The position numbers and the translations under genes were made by a program. Below are positions 1 through 9,905 of a stretch of DNA of 64,000 nucleotides, piece after piece (position 1 is the stretch's first letter; every line of letters begins with the position of its first letter). The DNA comes from Candidatus Fermentibacterota bacterium (GTDB taxonomy: Bacteria; Fermentibacterota; Fermentibacteria; Fermentibacterales; JCC-6). Location of the stretch: the NCBI GenBank assembly GCA_030609965.1, contig JAUWSQ010000001.1, forward strand, positions 105,787 to 169,786, in the 5' to 3' direction. The notes beneath the pieces were generated by a model, which was not told where the DNA came from, ran no database searches, and saw nothing but the letters and a program-made list of their open reading frames with translations.

Positions 1-1299
1 GGGTATTTCGCTTATGCTCAGGAACCTTGTAATCTGCGGGCGGGCTGAATCTGCTGCAAGATACGCAATTCCGTCGAGGGTTGATACATAATCATCAATA
101 CTTCCGCTGATCGAAGCAGTCCTGTAACCATCAATAGCATCTTCAGGTATCATGACAGCCTGCAGCGAACGCAATTCCTCTATCATGAATGGTTCTTCAA
201 GAGTGCTGTACTGTTCCTCGATATCAGATTCGGAAACGGTAATCCGGGAGGATATCTCAATGCGGTATAAATTCTCAGATGCCAGATCGAACATATAGGA
301 GTCAGCTCCGGTTCGAAGTGTATCCAGGAGCAGCGGTGCTGCCATCTGCAGCGTATCTTCAAGAAACATGCCGAAGGAAAGGTTCTCAATAAAATAGAGT
401 TGCCATGTCAATGAAGTTGGCTGCACATGCATCCTTGATTGCAGAAAGTCTATTTCATCCCTCAGCATGGCCGCACTCCAGTTGCCCAGATCAGACTCGA
501 TAACGATTTCATCGATGAGTTCACCATTTCCAGAATAGAACTCGACAAGCCTGTTTACGGCGGCAGAATCTACTGATATCGAGTATTCCTTCTCCATGGA
601 ATTCCTGACTCCATTCAGCCATCGAGTATTTCTGCCCTGAGCGATACGGCCTGTTGCCATTTGATTACAGGCTGCGGAGTCTGCCAGCGCCCCGGCAACA
701 AGAGCAGAATCTGTTACAACGACCGAATCCAGCCTTGCGGTGATACCCGATTCGCTGCTGCCTGTCTGACCTATAGATAATGTATCAAGACAAAGAGCAA
801 GTTCAAAACTGAGTTCAGGCAGATGGTCCGGTCCTCGGGTGGCTGAGGAATCTGTATCCGGATTGAGTGTATACCATACGGTTTTTCCGATGTGATCTCT
901 GTAAAACTGAAGATCGGATGCGGTAACTGCTGCCTCAGCTGTCGATTTGAAATAATCAAGGGCTGCATCGACAGTCACTAATCTGAGCCAGGAATCCCCC
1001 CGTGATATGACAGCAGGATCTGACAGATAACCTCCGGATTCAAGTTCCAGTTGAAGGATAAGCTTTCTTTTATAGGTAGCGATGTACTCCCCGACCGGGT
1101 CAGTATTTCTCGTGAAGTATTCCCGTTGATCCTGATTCAGACCGTTCCATGCGTCTCCGATATCAGAAACCGTTACTGTATCGGTTCCGGTAATTATGAG
1201 CCAGGTATCACCACTGGCGGCGGAAGAACCGATACATCCTGAAATAAGAAATACAAGTGCTGCGACCGCAGCCATGATTGAGGTCAGAAATATTTTCAA
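1..1299 (-). CDS. Lipoprotein, possibly SurA/PrsA-like foldase; 3' end runs off the window
   Basis: Not in the ORF track. I read an open minus-strand frame from TTG at 1299 (GGGAGG at 1306-1311) to position 1 with no stop: MKIFLTSIMAAVAALVFLISGC (lipobox)...ITVSESDIEEQYSTLEEPFMIEELRSLQAV. The PPIase-chaperone resemblance is weak. Confidence 0.75.
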   Translation of the reverse strand, partial: MKIFLTSIMAAVAALVFLISGCIGSSAASGDTWLIITGTDTVTVSDIGDAWNGLNQDQREYFTRNTDPVGEYIATYKRKLILQLELESGGYLSDPAVISRGDSWLRLVTVDAALDYFKSTAEAAVTASDLQFYRDHIGKTVWYTLNPDTDSSATRGPDHLPELSFELALCLDTLSIGQTGSSESGITARLDSVVVTDSALVAGALADSAACNQMATGRIAQGRNTRWLNGVRNSMEKEYSISVDSAAVNRLVEFYSGNGELIDEIVIESDLGNWSAAMLRDEIDFLQSRMHVQPTSLTWQLYFIENLSFGMFLEDTLQMAAPLLLDTLRTGADSYMFDLASENLYRIEISSRITVSESDIEEQYSTLEEPFMIEELRSLQAVMIPEDAIDGYRTASISGSIDDYVSTLDGIAYLAADSARPQITRFLSISEIP

Positions 1300-1431
1300 G
1301 AGAAGCCTCCCTGTTGATTCATAATACAATAAAACTCAATGATGTTTCTTCATTGATGAAGCATATATACTTCAATGCACAGGGTAGGAATATACAATTC
1401 TGCTGCTATCAGCGTAACAGCGGCTTAAAAG

Positions 1432-1457
1432 AGGGAAGGGGCGTAAGCCCCTTCCCT
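1432..1457 (-). terminator. Rho-independent terminator downstream of the TWGSIK protein gene
   Basis: Hairpin AGGGAAGGGGC-GTAA-GCCCCTTCCCT followed by a T-run on the minus strand. Confidence 0.8.
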
Positions 1458-1481
1458 GTCAGTTCAAGTTGTGCCTGAGAC

Positions 1482-2324
1482 CTAGAATACGGTCTTGATG
1501 GAACCCCAGGTGTCTCTTTCGAGAGCAACAGTAACTTCCCAGCAGTAAACGCCGTCAGGTGTACCCTGTGCGAGAACCCAGAGCTGATCGGCATCGACTG
1601 TATAGTCAGCCATAGTGCATCCACCGGACGTAGGGGATTCAGGGCTGAGATCGTAGGATGCGATGAGAGCGCCTGTATCATCTATCTGATAGAGCATGCC
1701 ATCAGAAGATGCTGTTGAAGCCCACATGCAGTTGTTGCCGCTATCCCATGCTAATCCATATAGGCCGCCGTTGAGGACTGCGGTGGACCATATTGTGGAG
1801 GATGCCGCGCTGGCGGAGATGCCGTCCCAGGTTACCTGGTAGATATCCACGGCGAAACTGCCTGTGTAGAAATAGGTACCATCCCAGGCCTGTGCTCTGT
1901 TAGGGCTGACAGCGCTATGAGTGTAGTAACCGGCATACGTATAGGATGCATCGTAGTACTGCACGACACTGCTTTCGCTGCCGTACATGTGGGTGCCGTC
2001 CCAGCACATGTCACGCAGACCCCAGCTGGAGGTACCGAACTGTTCGACACTTGTAACCAGTGTATGAGGGGAACCACCGGTTACAATATGGATCATATTG
2101 TTACCTACGCCGCCGACTTCAGCGCCGTCAGTGACCCAGAAATTCGTGCCGTCGAAACCTACGCCGACACTGTAGACGGAAGCGCCCAGAGCTTCGATAT
2201 CAAAATAATCAAGCTGTGTAAGATCAGCCTCGCCAGCCCCCGGTGTACCCGGATTCGGGCTTATATCTGTATTGGATGCAAAAGCAACACCCACTATACA
2301 GATAAGAATAAACATAAAACGCAT
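1482..2324 (-). CDS. Secreted beta-rich (propeller-like) protein with C-terminal TWGSIK motif
   Basis: Signal peptide MRFMFILICIVGVAFA; repeated G-x-x-[FW]-D-G-T-x-[FM] blade-like motifs; ends VALERDTWGSIKTVF. Confidence 0.85.
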   Translation of the reverse strand: MRFMFILICIVGVAFASNTDISPNPGTPGAGEADLTQLDYFDIEALGASVYSVGVGFDGTNFWVTDGAEVGGVGNNMIHIVTGGSPHTLVTSVEQFGTSSWGLRDMCWDGTHMYGSESSVVQYYDASYTYAGYYTHSAVSPNRAQAWDGTYFYTGSFAVDIYQVTWDGISASAASSTIWSTAVLNGGLYGLAWDSGNNCMWASTASSDGMLYQIDDTGALIASYDLSPESPTSGGCTMADYTVDADQLWVLAQGTPDGVYCWEVTVALERDTWGSIKTVF

Positions 2325-2434
2325 ATCTTCTCCTTTCGTTAGTACGATTCCTATTAATACAAATATTTACTACATTTACATTGAATGTCAATACTCGTTT
2401 AAGACTCTATTCGGCTTGATCACTAAACTATTAA

Positions 2435-4297
2435 TTATTGAAGGCATCTGTTCAATCTGTCCGAATCGATTATCAAAGCCAGATCCTGTATATGGAGCTT
2501 CATAGCCTCGATCTCAGAAGCATTACCTCCTCCGCTATCGCATACGCTAAAAAGAATTTTCCAGGCTATAATAAGCATGCTCTCGGCAAGAGCTCTTTCG
2601 GATTGGGGCAGTGCCTCCGCAATAGTGACAAGCCTCCCGGCTCGGGTAACAGCCATTTCCGCTGTTTCCTGTGTCGGCGTGTATACAAACTCGCAGACGG
2701 CTTCTCCTATCATGACCAGATCCTGAACATCATCGGGAGGAAATGCTGCCGTATTCAATGCAAGAATACTTCGTTCGGGAAGGGTTATTGGAGCAACCCT
2801 GAGGGCATTCATGTATGAATCTGCCGCATCTTCGTTTCTGCCGGATGCCGTCTCGGCCAGAGCCTGAAGCATCCATCCCTTCCAGTACGCAGGATAGATG
2901 CTGTTGAACTTCCCGGCAGTATTCCCGGCAGCGAGTACCATTCCATCATTAAAATACGCCTGGGTCAGGAAAAGCCAGGTTCTCTCTTCGAACGGTATCC
3001 ATGAAGATGCCTTCTCCAGTGTCACCGCAGCGTTAGCGGCTGATCCGCTGCCGGACAAACCCAGCACTCTCCCGCGCTCGAGGAGGCTGTAGCCCCTGAT
3101 AATTATCATACTCCAGAAGAAAGCGGCAGCCAGCAGAACAAGCATTACAGGTAATGGAATATGGATCGTTCTGTCTAGAGATGGTCTGCCAAGGATAACA
3201 CCGATACAAAGGGCCAGCGGCAGAGCTCCAAGAGGAGTTGCCAGCGGAAGATCAGCTGCCATGAAAGGTAATATGCAGAATAGAAGAGCACCCTCGATAC
3301 CAGTGAAGTGTTTTTTTCGAACGATCAGCCATCCCGCAAGACAGACAAGAAGAAAGCCCCCAATTCCCCATTCCACCACGGGTGTAAGTATTTCTGAGTG
3401 AAGGTGGTCTATCCTTTTCTCAGGATCTCCCGCAAGAATCTGCACCCTGGTACCGGCATCCTGGATAAGTGTAAGTCGTGACTGACCGGTACCGGTTCCC
3501 ATCGGCAGATTCCGCATTAACTGGCCGGTTCCCGCCTGCCAGGTGCGGCATCTGATTTCGAGAGAGGGAGCTACACTTCGAGTAATATCAGGAACTGCCG
3601 TTACAAAGATCTGCCCAGCTAGAATAATCCCTATGAAAATTCCGGGATGAAGCTTCTTCCGCAGGTTCAAGGCGAACCAGAGCAGAGCCAGAATGACCGC
3701 TATCCATGAAAGGGCAAAATCAGTCATAACGAGCGCAGTGCCTGTAAGGATCGCTGCGGGAATCCTTATCCAGGCTTTTCTCGTTCCCCCGCCTGTTACT
3801 GTTATAATGAATCCTACAGCCAGAAGGGCACCCGGCCTGTTAGCATTTCCCCAGATAATATCACCAGGGACTAATATCTCGATGATCGCGGTTATTACCG
3901 ATGCTGTCATCAGTGAAATCCAGATCGATCGAGAACCAATAGCTCGTGCGATACCGGCCGCTCCGGCAATCATCAGGCCGAAGGAGATCCACTTCACGGC
4001 CGGGAGTATTCCCTGGATGGGGATGGGAGCTGTAAGTATTCCCATCAGAGGCAGAAAAGAAAGGAGGACTGCTCCTGTCACTGCCCAGACGGGAATGTGT
4101 TTTCTGCCTGCGAACAGGACAAGCAGAGCACAGATCGGATAGACTGCAAGACGGGATGTAAGAGTCGAGTCGAACAGTCCGGGAAAAACCGACAGCATCG
4201 CAAGTAAAAGAGCTGCGGTTATAGTTGTAACTCCATTTATTACAGCCGGGTTAGTGTTAGCGGAGTCAATTGAACAGTGTACCTTCTCTTGGGGCAT
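2435..4297 (-). CDS. O-antigen ligase (Wzy_C)-like membrane protein with C-terminal helical/TPR-like region
   Basis: About 12 hydrophobic segments; loop motif R..TWQAG...PMGTGTGQ...DHLHSEILTPVVEWGIGG typical of Wzy_C. Confidence 0.7.
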   Translation of the reverse strand: MPQEKVHCSIDSANTNPAVINGVTTITAALLLAMLSVFPGLFDSTLTSRLAVYPICALLVLFAGRKHIPVWAVTGAVLLSFLPLMGILTAPIPIQGILPAVKWISFGLMIAGAAGIARAIGSRSIWISLMTASVITAIIEILVPGDIIWGNANRPGALLAVGFIITVTGGGTRKAWIRIPAAILTGTALVMTDFALSWIAVILALLWFALNLRKKLHPGIFIGIILAGQIFVTAVPDITRSVAPSLEIRCRTWQAGTGQLMRNLPMGTGTGQSRLTLIQDAGTRVQILAGDPEKRIDHLHSEILTPVVEWGIGGFLLVCLAGWLIVRKKHFTGIEGALLFCILPFMAADLPLATPLGALPLALCIGVILGRPSLDRTIHIPLPVMLVLLAAAFFWSMIIIRGYSLLERGRVLGLSGSGSAANAAVTLEKASSWIPFEERTWLFLTQAYFNDGMVLAAGNTAGKFNSIYPAYWKGWMLQALAETASGRNEDAADSYMNALRVAPITLPERSILALNTAAFPPDDVQDLVMIGEAVCEFVYTPTQETAEMAVTRAGRLVTIAEALPQSERALAESMLIIAWKILFSVCDSGGGNASEIEAMKLHIQDLALIIDSDRLNRCLQ

Positions 4298-4373
4298 AGA
4301 GTAAAATCCGATCTTTAATACCTTTAACTTTAAGTTGTAATTTCAAGCACAATATTTATGCTCCCGTGTACCG

Positions 4374-5156
4374 TCAATCCTCAGTATCGATAATGCCGGA
4401 GTAGATCTCGAACCCGCAGAGTTCCAGATTTTTCAAGAGTTCTTCCGGATCACCGCCCCACAGCCCCAGCTTCCGAGATATGTGCTCTGTCCAGGAGTAA
4501 CTGTCAAAATCGAATTTTTCTTCAGTACCTTCCCGAAGTGGTATCATGTAGTTAGCTTCCCTGTAGTAGTTCTGTCTGAGGTACCCTGAATCCATTTCCT
4601 CAGCGGCTTCGGATACGGCATCATCACTGAAACAAGTGTATTTGCTCTCAAACAGGTGAAATTCCATGGGATACCTGGGTCTTACAGGGGGATCTTCCGC
4701 AGGGTATCCCATTGTTAACATCACAAGAGGGAAAATCCTGTCAGGCAGTTCGTACAGTTCCCTGATCTTCTTTACCATGAATGGAGCAGCTCCGATATAG
4801 CAGCTTCCAAGCCCCAGGCTTTCCGCGGCTATCACCATGTTCTCCGCCATATAGGCGGCATCCTGGATCCCGAACAAAAGTGTATAAATGTCAGAAGCCT
4901 TTCTCTTCCAGCCCCGCCTCTCCATGATCTTTTCCATTCTGTACACATCGACACATATGGTGAAAAGAAGTGGAGCTCTGAATACATTATGCTCAATCTC
5001 CCTGGACAGGAGAACACTGCCCATCTGCATGGCGAACGGAGCCTGCTGGCCCGCACGGACAATGGTTTCGATTACTTCATCCGAAGGCTGCTCCTCACGG
5101 TATTTCCTGATCGATCTCCTATTCATCATGGCATCAATAACAGGATTACTTATCAT
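4374..5156 (-). CDS. Nitroreductase family protein (NfsA/FRP-like)
   Basis: NRRSIRKY, AAYMAENMVIAAESLGLGSCYIG and LTMGYPAE motifs; ATG 5156 preferred over GTG 5168. Confidence 0.9.
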   Translation of the reverse strand: MISNPVIDAMMNRRSIRKYREEQPSDEVIETIVRAGQQAPFAMQMGSVLLSREIEHNVFRAPLLFTICVDVYRMEKIMERRGWKRKASDIYTLLFGIQDAAYMAENMVIAAESLGLGSCYIGAAPFMVKKIRELYELPDRIFPLVMLTMGYPAEDPPVRPRYPMEFHLFESKYTCFSDDAVSEAAEEMDSGYLRQNYYREANYMIPLREGTEEKFDFDSYSWTEHISRKLGLWGGDPEELLKNLELCGFEIYSGIIDTED

Positions 5157-5358
5157 CGATTCCCTCACCTCCCCGTGTTACTTTGCATTTCAATACTACA
5201 CACACATTGAAACAGTGTCATGGTTTCCATGCTTTGTTCAGGTGAATACATAATTGATCCATGAACAGAGGGGACTTGCCCCGGATACCCTGCTGGTTTA
5301 CATTGCATGAAATTAAATGATCAGAGATTCGCAGCAGGTTAAAGCAGAGGGGTCAGGC

Positions 5359-6069
5359 ATGACATCTTCAAGTATGGTTTCCGCACTTCTATTGATCATG
5401 GCATTTCATTGTAGCTGTGGCGAAGCCTCTGGTACGGATACAGCTGATGAACAGCTGACTGAACATGAGATTACGCGGACTGCCAGTCCGGGGTTGACGC
5501 AGTGCACGCTTTCGGTCCACAGTGATCCCGAGCTATTCGAGATATCCCTCTACTGGGTTGGTCCTCCAGACGCGGCTCCGGGCTTCCGACTGGCTCACAC
5601 CCTGACGGTAGCTCCCCTTGGAGGGGACAGCATGGTCGTATTCGATGGACTGGAATCGACCTACTATGAAAACAGTGAGCTTAAGGGTTACCTTATCGGG
5701 GAGGATATGAACTTCGACGGATATACCGATTTCCGTCTGATGCAATTCCCGACTGCAGGCCCGAATACTTACTGGTATTTCTGGCTGTTCGATCCTGATA
5801 CCGGGACGTTCTTCCGCTCGATGGAATACGAGGAGAGCAGCCTTGTTTCACCAGAATTTGATCAGGACAATGAGACGATCAAAAGTTTCCATCGTGATGG
5901 AATGGGGATATACGGAACAGAATACTACTTTGTTGAGAACGGTCACCTGCTTCTTATTAGAAGTGAGCAGACAGAATTCCAGGGTCCGGATTCATTGATA
6001 ACAACAGTAAGAGAACTGATCAATGATGAAATGGTTGTAACTGAACGGAATGTTCAGAATATGGATTAA
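5359..6069 (+). CDS. Secreted XAC2610-like protein
   Basis: Signal peptide; EDMNFDGYTDF (EF-hand-like Ca motif) followed by GPNTYWYFWLFDPDTGTF. Confidence 0.65.
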   Translation: MTSSSMVSALLLIMAFHCSCGEASGTDTADEQLTEHEITRTASPGLTQCTLSVHSDPELFEISLYWVGPPDAAPGFRLAHTLTVAPLGGDSMVVFDGLESTYYENSELKGYLIGEDMNFDGYTDFRLMQFPTAGPNTYWYFWLFDPDTGTFFRSMEYEESSLVSPEFDQDNETIKSFHRDGMGIYGTEYYFVENGHLLLIRSEQTEFQGPDSLITTVRELINDEMVVTERNVQNMD

Positions 6070-6095
6070 ACACTTCACCCATCTTGGGAGGGATT

Positions 6096-6431
6096 ATGCT
6101 TGACAGGCTGAGAGAAAAGATCATCGAATTCCGTGACCTTCGTGACTGGAAGCAGTTTCACGATCCGAAGAACCTCGCGGAGGCTATATCTATTGAATCC
6201 GCAGAACTGCTCGAGAATTTCCTGTGGAAAACCTGCGATGAAGCCAAGAATCTTGATAGTGAATCCATCAATTCGATCGGCGAAGAGATAGCCGATATAG
6301 CTATATTCCTGACTATTCTCGCCCATGAACTGCACCTGGATATAGAGCAGATCGTCAATAGAAAACTGCAGCTCAACGAAAAGAGATATCCCGTTGAAAC
6401 TTCAAGGGGCAATGCTAAGAAGCATCCCTGA
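6096..6431 (+). CDS. MazG-like nucleotide pyrophosphohydrolase (dCTPase type)
   Basis: RDWKQFHDPKNLAEAISIESAELLE and EEIADIAIFL; RBS GGGAGG before ATG 6096. Confidence 0.9.
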   Translation: MLDRLREKIIEFRDLRDWKQFHDPKNLAEAISIESAELLENFLWKTCDEAKNLDSESINSIGEEIADIAIFLTILAHELHLDIEQIVNRKLQLNEKRYPVETSRGNAKKHP

Positions 6432-6451
6432 GGTTACGGAAATAGACTGCA

Positions 6452-6862
6452 TTAGACTGTAACCTGCCACTCCTCGTCGCCGATCTGGCTAAGACCTATG
6501 CCGTTGCTCAGGAGAGAATCTCTGAACCATTCAAGGGATTTTTCGAACCCGCTTAGCAGCACAACTGAGCCATCTATGGCTTTCAGTTCAAGCAGCTTTT
6601 TGTTCTTGGCATATTTACCTCTGCTTGCCTTAAGTCCCTCCAGGGGAAAGCTTACAGGATTACCTTTAACCAGCAACATGATCAGAATGCCCAGCTGCAT
6701 ATGAAAAGGAGCCATCTTGCCAAGATCGAAGTAGACGAATCTCCGATCTGTCAGAATGCATCGCGAATAAACAGGGAATTTTATCTTTTTCCCCTGCAGT
6801 GTAGATCTTTTATTATCGACAAGTACGCTTTCTCCTGGATTCAGTTCGAACTTTTTCCCCAT
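6452..6862 (-). CDS. Hypothetical protein (possible PH-like fold)
   Basis: 136-aa ORF containing CILTDRRFVY; no firm family. Confidence 0.6.
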   Translation of the reverse strand: MGKKFELNPGESVLVDNKRSTLQGKKIKFPVYSRCILTDRRFVYFDLGKMAPFHMQLGILIMLLVKGNPVSFPLEGLKASRGKYAKNKKLLELKAIDGSVVLLSGFEKSLEWFRDSLLSNGIGLSQIGDEEWQVTV

Positions 6863-7077
6863 TTCATTCCCTTTTCTGTAAAACCTCTTCGCAGACTCAT
6901 TACCAGTTGCCGGCAGGACGATATATCTTACAGTATGATTCTGTCAATACCACGATAATCCGGATTCCCCTGCAGAACTGCAATCCGCAGCAGCTGTGGT
7001 GAAAAGCGAAACTACTCCCCTTTCGCGCGAAATTGATTATTGTACCTTTTCATGGTTCAGAAACAGGAGAGTATTAA

Positions 7078-8385
7078 GTGGAAACAACATCTGACATTGT
7101 TCCCGACCTTAAGAAGGAAAACGCTCAGCTGCAACATCAGCTTAACAGCCTTGAGCTTGTATTCCGGAACGCGGTTGATATTCTGGTGGTTGTCGATGCG
7201 GCTTCAGGAACAATACAAAGGATAAGCGATGCCGTTGAAGCTGTGCTTGGTTACAAACGCTCGAACCTGATCGGCAAAAAACTGACAGAGATCCTCCCTG
7301 ATGATAAAACATCCAATCTGAAACTGCAGGACGGCATCCCAGAGATTGTTGACGGTGTATTTCTTGATCAGAAAGTGAAATGTCATGACGGCTCCTTCAA
7401 ATCAATGGATATGACCATAAGCCTCGTGAACAGTAATGATCAAAGCGTCATCCTTCTGACATTAAGGGACACCTCCCAGAGAAAACGCCACCAGGGTGAC
7501 ATGATCAAGAAGAACAGCGCACTGGACAGTGCGCTCAGTGCCATGATAATAACCAACAGTTCCTGGAAGATAGACTATGCAAATGTAGAGGCTCTGAATT
7601 ACTGGAGGTACAGCAGAACGGATATGCTGAATCTGGACATCTCGGACCTTCTTCCATACATGGGTGACTTTGACAGCCTTATGGAGTGTATGGAAGAAAG
7701 AGGTCAATGGGATGACGAAATAGAATGTCAGCGCAGGGACAGCACAACTTTCATTGCACATGCCACTGCTATTAGAGTGGATACTGATGGCGAAGAACAA
7801 TGTTATATTTTTTCATTTCTCGATATCACCAAGCGCGTCCGTCTTGAGAAAAGGCTTACGGAACTGTCTCTGCGCGACAGCCTTACAGGTCTTTATAATA
7901 GACGGGGGTTCATGACGCTGGGCAAACAGTTGCTTGATTCTTCCCTTCGGAAACAACCGGAGATCGGTCTGCTTTACGTTGACCTCGATTACCTTAAACT
8001 GTTAAACGATAAGCTGGGTCACTCGGAGGGTGACAAGGCTCTTGTAATCACTGCAAGAGTATTGAAGAGCTGCTTCCGGGATTCGGACATCATAGCCAGG
8101 CTGGGCGGGGATGAATTCGTTGTACTCTTCCTTGATACTCCGGGCCTCACCGTAGAATCCATCAGGACTCGAATAGATAGACAGCTTAAAGAAACCGTTG
8201 ACACTAAGCCTACTCCCTTCAGGTTATCCCTCAGTATAGGATATTATTCTACCGTACTGTGTTATCAAACTCAAATCGGGATGCTTCTCAGCAGTGCCGA
8301 TTCTCTCATGTACGAAGACAAGGAAAAAAGAAGAAAATCTGTCACCGAGGCTGACATACTGCTAGGGAATGATCAGCAGACCTGA
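7078..8385 (+). CDS. PAS-PAS diguanylate cyclase
   Basis: Two PAS-like repeats; DSLTGLYNRRGF; RDSD I-site and GGDEF. Confidence 0.92.
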   Translation: METTSDIVPDLKKENAQLQHQLNSLELVFRNAVDILVVVDAASGTIQRISDAVEAVLGYKRSNLIGKKLTEILPDDKTSNLKLQDGIPEIVDGVFLDQKVKCHDGSFKSMDMTISLVNSNDQSVILLTLRDTSQRKRHQGDMIKKNSALDSALSAMIITNSSWKIDYANVEALNYWRYSRTDMLNLDISDLLPYMGDFDSLMECMEERGQWDDEIECQRRDSTTFIAHATAIRVDTDGEEQCYIFSFLDITKRVRLEKRLTELSLRDSLTGLYNRRGFMTLGKQLLDSSLRKQPEIGLLYVDLDYLKLLNDKLGHSEGDKALVITARVLKSCFRDSDIIARLGGDEFVVLFLDTPGLTVESIRTRIDRQLKETVDTKPTPFRLSLSIGYYSTVLCYQTQIGMLLSSADSLMYEDKEKRRKSVTEADILLGNDQQT

Positions 8386-8402
8386 CCCCCTTCACCTGGA
8401 AC

Positions 8403-8452
8403 TTGACATAGGCAGTTAATTGGAATACGATTCCGTATTCGAATATTTGAAT
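8403..8452 (+). promoter_or_regulatory. Sigma70 promoter with overlapping ArsR-type operator
   Basis: TTGACA (8403-08), N17, TACGAT (8426-31); inverted repeat GAATACG-N4-CGTATTC (8423-40); ATTC-N8-GAAT (8437-52). Confidence 0.75.
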
Positions 8453-8474
8453 ATCCTATCAAAGGAACAATGGA

Positions 8475-8846
8475 ATGGCATCTGATAACGAACCGGACCA
8501 GGAATATTTCTATAATAATGCTGACCTGCTCAGAGCTATGGCTCACCCGGTAAGGCTTATGATTATGGACGAGCTGCTGCGGAATCCCAGATGTGTTAGT
8601 GCCATCCATGAGATACTCGATGTCCGGCAGCCCAACATATCCCAGCACCTTACAATTCTGAAGAATTCCGGAATAGTTGCCTCGGACCGGGACGGCTCCT
8701 ACAGATGCTACTACCTTCGAAGACCCGGTCTTGTCAAAGCTGTTCTGGAAACACTGAAGAAGGACTGGCCGGAAGCGCAAATAGAAAATGTCAGAGGTAA
8801 ATTCAAACGGGCGCTGAAAAAGCGCCTGGACAAACTGGGAAAATAA
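8475..8846 (+). CDS. ArsR/SmtB family transcriptional repressor
   Basis: AMAHPVRLMI...QPNISQHLTILKNSGIV HTH. Confidence 0.9.
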   Translation: MASDNEPDQEYFYNNADLLRAMAHPVRLMIMDELLRNPRCVSAIHEILDVRQPNISQHLTILKNSGIVASDRDGSYRCYYLRRPGLVKAVLETLKKDWPEAQIENVRGKFKRALKKRLDKLGK

Positions 8847-8866
8847 CCCCGGAAGGAGACTCTTTT

Positions 8867-9220
8867 ATGGGTAAAGTAGCTTTAATCTGCAACGGTTCTG
8901 AAAAATCAAATATCTATCCTGCATTCGTTCTTGCTTCCTCGGCCGTTGCATCAGGTGACGATGTATTAATTTTCTTCACACCTGAAGCGGTTCCAGCCCT
9001 GAAACCAGGTATTCTGGAGGGCATGACAGGAAAAGGTATGCCTGATATGAAGGATCTTCTTGAGGGGTTTATGGCTCTCGGCGGACGCATGATGCTGTGC
9101 GAACTGGGGCTGGAAGCACATGATGTTACAGCTGAAGGCCTGAGGGACGATATCAATATAGGTGGAGCAACCACCTTCATGGCTGAAATTCAGGACGCGA
9201 AAACAACATTCTCATTCTAA
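8867..9220 (+). CDS. DsrE/DsrF-like sulfur carrier
   Basis: FVLASSAVASGDDVLIFFT...MMLCELGLE; DsrE fold with one Cys. Confidence 0.8.
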   Translation: MGKVALICNGSEKSNIYPAFVLASSAVASGDDVLIFFTPEAVPALKPGILEGMTGKGMPDMKDLLEGFMALGGRMMLCELGLEAHDVTAEGLRDDINIGGATTFMAEIQDAKTTFSF

Positions 9221-9238
9221 TACGGAAGGAACAATAAA

Positions 9239-9463
9239 ATGGCTTCAATAGTACTCGACGCACTAGGAATGAAATGCCCCCAGCCGATACTGAAAATAGC
9301 TATAAAGGCCAAAGAACTGCAGCCTGGCGACATGCTGGAGGTTCTCGCGGACTGCCCCTCTTTCCCGGTTGACATAAAAGCCTGGTGCGAGCGAACAGGG
9401 AAGACCCTTCTGTTCTGCGCCACTGAAGGAGACGGCAAGCACAAAGCACAAGTTCAGTTCTAA
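9239..9463 (+). CDS. tusA: TusA/SirA family sulfurtransferase
   Basis: LDALGMKCPQP signature; 74 aa. Confidence 0.85.
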   Translation: MASIVLDALGMKCPQPILKIAIKAKELQPGDMLEVLADCPSFPVDIKAWCERTGKTLLFCATEGDGKHKAQVQF

Positions 9464-9473
9464 CAGCTGGTCA

Positions 9474-9905
9474 GTGGCGATAATGAAGGATTTCGAACCA
9501 CGTATCATAGGATTTCTCTGTAACTGGTGCTCCTATGCGGGGGCAGACCTTGCCGGTACAAGCAGGCTGAAAATGCCTCCGAACCTGGTTCCGATAAAGG
9601 TCATGTGTTCCAGCAGAGTTGACCCCGAAATGGTGACAGATGCCTTTCTCCGCGGTGCGGACGGTGTGCTTATAGCCGGGTGTCACCCGGGTGACTGCCA
9701 CTACGACAAGGGAAATTATTATGCAAGGCGAAGATTCGCGGTACTGAAGAAGGTAGTCGAAAGCCTGGGTCTTGAAGCGGAAAGGTTACGCCTCTCCTGG
9801 ATTTCCGCCTCTGAGGGAGCCCGGTTTCAGCAGGTCGTTGAGGAGTTCACCGAGAATATAAGGAAGATGGGCCCGAATCCTACCGGGAAGGAAACTCTTC
9901 TATAG
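9474..9905 (+). CDS. mvhD: MvhD/FlpD [2Fe-2S] subunit
   Basis: GFLCNWCSYAGADLAG, MCSSRVDP, GCHPGDCHY (Cys, not Sec). Confidence 0.92.
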   Translation: MAIMKDFEPRIIGFLCNWCSYAGADLAGTSRLKMPPNLVPIKVMCSSRVDPEMVTDAFLRGADGVLIAGCHPGDCHYDKGNYYARRRFAVLKKVVESLGLEAERLRLSWISASEGARFQQVVEEFTENIRKMGPNPTGKETLL

